A stretch of 64,000 bases of DNA. It comes from Paraspadella gotoi (taxonomy: Eukaryota > Animalia > Chaetognatha). Under the pieces are notes generated by a model. The model was not told the origin of the DNA and made no database searches. It saw only the letters and a list, made by a program, of their open reading frames with translations. How positions within the stretch are numbered: the first letter of the stretch is position 1; each line of letters opens with the position of its first letter. Position numbers and translations under genes: made by a program. Positions 57,864-64,000 of the stretch are shown here, one piece after another. The stretch covers positions 2,925,631 to 2,989,630 of the forward strand of contig CM119267.1 in the NCBI GenBank assembly GCA_051294375.1, in the 5' to 3' direction.

Positions 57864-60800
57864 CAGGGAAAGGGCGTGTCGCCGGGGTCGCGGCTTCTTC
57901 GCCAATCGGCGCCAAAATCCGAAGAGTTTGTCGAAGGCGACTTGAAGAGTTTTTCGCGGACGTTGCTTATACCCGTCGAGAAGGTAAGTCGGTCACGTAT
58001 CCAGGAAGATCGCAGACTTTGGAAACAGGGCAGATCTTGGCGGAGACACAGTCAGACGGAGAAGAAGCCGGACTCATCGCTCACAACGTATACATTTCTT
58101 TAATTGATGGAGAGGAAACAATTCCGCTCATCGACGGATCCTTAAGGAAAATTGAAGAAAGATGATGAAGCAATGAAAAGTAGATAATAATAATTTTGTT
58201 TGTCGAGATTTTATCAGCTTTGAAAACTAACGTCATTCAAAAATTCCGTCATCGCCATCGCACCATTCGATCTTTCTCTCGGGCTCGATTACGCGAGTTT
58301 CGTCATTCACAAACGGAAAACAATACATAGAAGACATTCAATAGAATATCTCTATTATCACTGATCTCTACGAAGGAGCGACGAAACAATCGAACCGCAG
58401 ATCCGTAAAAAGAAAAAGGGCATGGAGAGGAACAAATTCTTTTTATGGAATCGATCAGAGGAGGATGGTTTAACATCAGGAGGTGTCCAAAATTAAATGT
58501 TTCGCCACTTTTTGAAAGACTTAACCCTTGGGACTAACCCATCGATCATAATTTCTTCTGCAAAATAAAAAAAATCAACCATATGTTATTAAAACGGCTC
58601 TATGCATTTCTTAATGCTAACTTTTTCAACTGTCACAAACAATTACACAGTAGAAAGTCACTTCCGGTCTGCCGAAGATCTCGTTACATCTTCCACAAAA
58701 CGATATGCGTTGGAAATCCAACACATATCAAACTCTCCATGACAGTGCGATGAGCGAGGAACAAAGCCGTTCTTGAATGCCGTAAGCTCGCGGCTTGTCC
58801 ATCGCTCTCCGGTGGCAACGTAAGCTTTAATCACGACGATGGCAAAATCGCCCATCGTGACTTTCCGTGGTTTCGTTAAAGACGGTTTCTACGAGTCGTC
58901 GGCTCCCGACGGATCCTTAACAAGCATGCAGACACCGGTGTTAGACGACATGAGTCCGTCCACTCAGCGTAAGATAACATCGAGAACGCAGTCTTCGGTC
59001 GACTTGGGTTCTCAAAATCTTCCCGTCGAGAAGACGACGGTATCGGCGCCGACGACGAGGTCCGGCAGTGAAGTCTGGACCTGGCGCCGCCAAACGTCCT
59101 TCGCCTTCCCGCGAGCCACTTCGCTCCACGTACGATGACGGATCTAGAACTTCGTTTGTCTCCACCGTCTCTTCAAATCCGAGGAGATGATTTCAAAGTC
59201 ACGAAGTCCGGAGGAGTGAAGAAGAAGTCGGCGTCGCGCGACGAACTCGCGAGGACAATTCGCCGCTGACAAAGTTTCGTCAACAGAGGTCCAACATGGC
59301 CGACAAAGTCTTTTGACGAATTACTTATTTCCGTCTGCGAAAGAAGGCACGAAGAAAAACCGTAAAAAAATCGTAAAAAGTGAATCTGTTACATTCGTAA
59401 ACGTGTAAATTATATTTTTGACCAGAGATCAAGATTTATTTGGTGGAAGATCGTTGGTGTGCGTGTAAAAGGCAACTTTGCTTTATGAGGATAATTCGTT
59501 GCATTGCGGGTAAAATATAATTTAAAAAAAAATAGTACAAAAAGTTGCGACATACGTGAAAATGTGAATTGGCACATTGCACTACTTGTACAAATTATCT
59601 CGTAAAAAGATAAAAGAGTTAACAAAAGGAATAAAGTTAGCTTGGAATAATTTGTTTTTCTTTTAAATTTTTATTGCAGCGAGTAAAGTTTTCAGAGAAA
59701 ATAACTTTTTCACTGTTCTATTCGGGACTCCGAATTGTCCTCTGCCGTTGACAGTCTCGCGTCTTTAAACCTGCGGGCGACCTGTTCTCGAACGACGGAT
59801 GTAATTTGCTTCATCTGTCGCTCGAGTTCGCGGCGTGACCAGAGACGTCGTCCTCGACAGTCTCTCTCTGGCCGATTCGCGCAAATTTCGGTTGGACTTT
59901 TTGAAGTTTCTGGTTTTCCGGTTTTGGAGGCAGGCTATCGCGTCCTCCTGCTTTTTAACGAGTTCGCGAGAGAAAAGACCTAACAGCGAGCTAAATAAAG
60001 TTAATCCTATGGTGGACTAAAATCCACCAACCGTTCATCAGCGGCCATTGGTGCCGGAGGCAAGTCATTCGCTTCCAACCCAAAGGTCCGTGGTTCTAGC
60101 CCGGTGGCCGCCTAGCAGTTAAGAGGGACGGGGCGCTTAACCCGCCTGTAACATGGTGTTACAGCCTGATTCCGAAGTTCAGGGAACTGCTTATATTTCA
60201 ACGGTTCTGTCATTAACACATATCAATAATTACGTCTCTTCAATCCGTATCTTTCAATCGAAACAACGGACGTTGAAACACAAAATATAATACCTCCTCA
60301 TTGAGCCGGGCCAAACAGGGTAGAGGAGCGCCGATGCTTCCAAACTTTTCCTTTCCACTTGTCAATCTTGGCCTTCGAATGGCCTTCGCTTCTTCGTCCT
60401 TTAATTCAGAACTGAGGACAGTGTTCCCGACAAAGGGCGCATGAAGCACATGAGCGTGCAGTTGTCCACTGTCGCTCAATTGGAAAATCGGGTGACGATG
60501 AGGTCGTCGTCGAATTCCTTCCTTGCGAAAAAACTCGTGGCCGCCGTTGTCGGCGTGAACCACGATGGCGTCGAATGTCCCGAAGAGGGAAGTGTCCTGG
60601 AAGGCCAAGTGGATTCGTTTTATCAGCGAACGAAAAACGACACAATGAAATAAAGAAAGAAGACGCGACACCTTAATAGTTCTATCAGTTTATGACCAAC
60701 GCCATTCTTCTGTGTCTCCTGTGGACCGCAACCAACGTCAAGTGAATGATCTTTTCCCGGGACGGCAATAACTTTTTTCGCATCGTGCGGCAGCCGGACC

Positions 60801-63800
60801 AGCCTGAATTCCGGAGAGAAAACGACGAGTACAAAAAATGGTATATAATCAAAAATATAAAAAAAAGAGAAAGCCATAAAGATTATTTAATCGTTCAAAA
60901 TGAAAGCGAAAGCCATAAAGAAAACCTGTTTTCCGATCCAATGTCGTCGTTTTCGGCGACGACTCCCGTCCTTTCGATTTCCGTCGTCGTTCGCGCGACG
61001 ATCGACGTTTTTAAAAAAGGTTTTGAACTGCCGACTGAGAGATCTTCGTCGTCTTCCGCGTCGCTCGCCTCAAAGTAGAAAAATCAGAATCATCGATTCG
61101 TTTACGTTTTCAAGTAATATTAGGAGTGTTAGTTAGAAGTATTAGTCTCAGAAGTTGGGTCAAAAATTTTATTTCAGCGCCTGCTCCACACAAAAATTTT
61201 ACATTTTTAAAGAAAAAATTAGGATAGACAACAAATTTTTGCGTGACTCGTTACTCTATATATTATTTTTTTAATATTTATTTATAGAAAGAAAGGCAAA
61301 ACAATTTTTGAAGATTTCTAAAATCAGATTTAGCTGGCTTGCAAAAGTTGTCTGTACAAAGTATAACTCTTATTTCGTATATTTGGTCATAAGTGGGTAA
61401 AAAAATGAGAAAAACCGTTTAAAATCTTCAATCATCATCATCTTTCGATAATTTGTTCATTTTTCTTAATTTTGACCAAGAAAACATATAATAATCTTAA
61501 AAGCGTAATTATAACTTTTATTTAACTTTTTATGCTCTATCAGAATCCATCAAAATAATTTAAGACTTATTAAAATTGTTTTTATCATATAATAGTAATT
61601 TTGATAGCAACAAGAAAAGCATAAAATTAAAATTTTTTTAACCAAAAATATTTTTCTACCTGAAAGTAGACATCAAGACGAAAGTTTGTACCCCGCCCCT
61701 TTTGATTTTAATTTATAGTAGATAACTCAATAATATTGATTTATTTAAATACATGTGGATTATGTTCACAATTTTATTGCGAGTGTGGCTTCTGTTTAGA
61801 GCCTATCCTCACTGATCCGATCCACGACGACGAACTCGAATCAGAAAAGACATTCCTGAATTTAGAGCCAGAGTCCGCGCCTGCGTCGGTCGCCGTCAGC
61901 CCAGAGGCTGTCCAAGTTTCGAAGACATCTTCTTCCGTCGGCGACGGTCGACGGCGTCATCGACTTTGGACTCGAATTCCGAATCGTCGCGTTGACTTCT
62001 GTGGCGACGTCTCTCGTTCGGGTTTCGATCATCGGCGTCGGCGATGAGATGGCGCGAAACCGGTCGGTGCCGGCGATGGTCGAAACGTCGCTCGCGTCCG
62101 CGTCATTGGACAGGATCCGTTGTAGCTTTCGCGTTATCCGATGGTCACTGAGACGAACATTCACGTCCAAGGGCAAAGGTTCGTCCCCTCTCTTTCTTCG
62201 ATTCAGTTGGAAAAGAATCGATGGCGTGGCTCCGTAGTTATGATTCTCCTTTCTCGGTTTTCCTTCTCGTCGCCACCGGCGTCGTGTGAGTCCTAACGCG
62301 GCGTCGCCCCAATCTGCCTTTAGCGAACGAAAGTTTATACTCCTCTGCGGCCTCCGTCGCTTCCCGCACCAAGAGGATCGTCCGCGCCCACTTTTCCGTT
62401 ACAGTCGTGTAAAGGATTTCCGGGGTTATCTCCGGCAAAGAGACGTCGTACAAAGCAACGGCGGAGTGAAGGCAGCTCGCGATTCGGAACTCCGCTCACG
62501 ACCTCCGCGATCCCCGGAGTTTTGAGGACTCGTGGAAATCCACGAGGAAAGGCGTCACCGTTAAACGTTTGTCCGCAGACTCCTTCGAGGGCGATTGGCG
62601 AATGTTCCAGCGATTGGACGTGTTGACGACCGCCATCCACCTGATGAGTATATTATGATATTTAGTAGAATCAAGTACATCAAATTATTAATTATAAATA
62701 TATTTTGAAGATTGGATGATGGCGATTCACCTTTGGCCTTAAATATTCATTGTAGCGTTTGAGTTCCAATTTGACAAATAGCTGCCGTCTTTTTTGCGGT
62801 CTACTAAACTTATAGGTGAAGTTGAGATTGCACAGAATAAAGGCCATAATGGGTCTAAAAGTTAAAGTTTTTTAATGTTGGTGGTCCTCGATCCTAGAAG
62901 GACAATTAACGAAATTAGCTCAACTTTAGAAACAACAAATAGAGTACATTCCAATATTGGATAAAGAATCAACCAGAATAACAAAGGGAGAGATCTATTT
63001 CAAAATTCGAGTGTACTAAAATAAAAACAAACAAAAAATTTCAAGTTATTAACATATTTTTTTTATTATTATACGTTAACCCACCAGCGAGCGTCTGCTA
63101 TTCGAAATTATAAGAATTACGTCTCTTCTAGCTACCGAAAGGTTACCACGTCGAAATTGAAATTGAACGCACTGAGATCGAACGACATAGTTCTGACGGA
63201 ATTCAATTCGCCGACAATTCTTTACTATGGAAATAAAGATGCACAGAAGGCCGCCATCTTGGTTTCGTCTCTCTTCTTCCACGTGAGAACAAAAACTTTT
63301 TCGTGAAAAACAAATGAACAGAGAGTTCTGTCAGAACTCCAAAGTCAGGGGGCAAGATAGCTTTATTTATAATATGAATGGATAATTTTTATATTGGTTG
63401 TACCATATTTCATAAAATTCAGCTCCTTGTATTTTGATGCTAGTGCGGAGTACAATAAGTATTCCCCGATCTAATACTTAAGGGAGTGGTCTTTTCATAC
63501 AATTGAAACATTCTTTGGAAATATTTTTCCACTTCATTGATAGGAAGCCAGGCTATCTGGGAGTGAAATAAACGAGTCTGTGAGAGAGTCTTGATTGAAA
63601 GCTGCAGGGACCTGCTATGTCATTATCTTGTAAGAGTGATGGAGGCCTTAACCACCAAAGCCTGTCCAAAATCAGGGGCAAGATAGCTTATTTATTAAAT
63701 GAATGGATAATTTTATATTGGTTGTACCAATTTCATATATATATTACACAATTCTACTTTGTAGTCTTATCCTTATGGTAAAAATAATCATGCAACATAA

Positions 63801-64000
63801 CCTTAATCCCCAAAAAATTATCCATTCCCCCTTTTTGTTCGGCTTGTAGATTTTATGAGTTTCTCATGAATGATTTTCCAACAGGAATGATGTACGATAT
63901 CTATTAGAAAACTGTAACTGAAAGTAATCTCACCTTGTGTTGTGTAGATGCACCCTCTATTTCCAGAAGACAACACTAACGTCCCATCCCAAACAGAAAA
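57864..64000. other. Error-rich second copy of ~48942-55090 (LIG4 5' end, Maf, GNAT) after the gap at 57839-57863; probable assembly redundancy
   Basis: Colinear match; differences are mostly random 1-nt indels whose density falls with distance from the contig end, as expected for low-coverage long-read consensus. Confidence 0.85.

Noticed and set aside
57864-64000. Recent segmental duplication with pseudogenised LIG4/Maf/GNAT
   Set aside because: It starts at an N gap, and the differences are indels equally dense in coding and non-coding DNA that fade away from the contig end. Read depth would settle it.

Overview
Compact, intron-rich bilaterian invertebrate genomic DNA: GC/CpG-rich exons, short AT-rich introns, many (GA)n microsatellites, two 25-N scaffold gaps, each flanked by a redundant copy of neighbouring sequence. 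Reading right to left on the minus strand: a GNAT-type acetyltransferase, a Maf/ASMTL pyrophosphatase, LIG4, a tra2 lacking its second RS domain, a LOTUS-RRM-Tudor gene, a polypeptide GalNAc-transferase, an acyl-CoA oxidase (antisense CFAP96 nested in an intron), a small ORF, RNFT1/2 (an antisense secreted-protein gene nested in an intron), a 9-exon peripherin-2/ROM1-like tetraspanin seen only as fragments in the ORF track, and Phox2, whose homeobox runs off the left edge. The most unusual object is a 2.46-kb DIRS-type element at 37851-40311. It has inverted terminal repeats and an exact circle-junction ICR but no RT, RNase H or tyrosine recombinase. It carries only a gag-like ORF that is split by a GT-AG intron containing the ICR, and it is inserted 9 nt after the stop codon of the LOTUS-Tudor gene. 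Also present: a tRNA-headed structured SINE in two introns, a TSD-flanked structured insert and a ~67-bp satellite. All calls come from manual translation and recalled motifs; no searches were run, and exon coordinates marked ~ are approximate.
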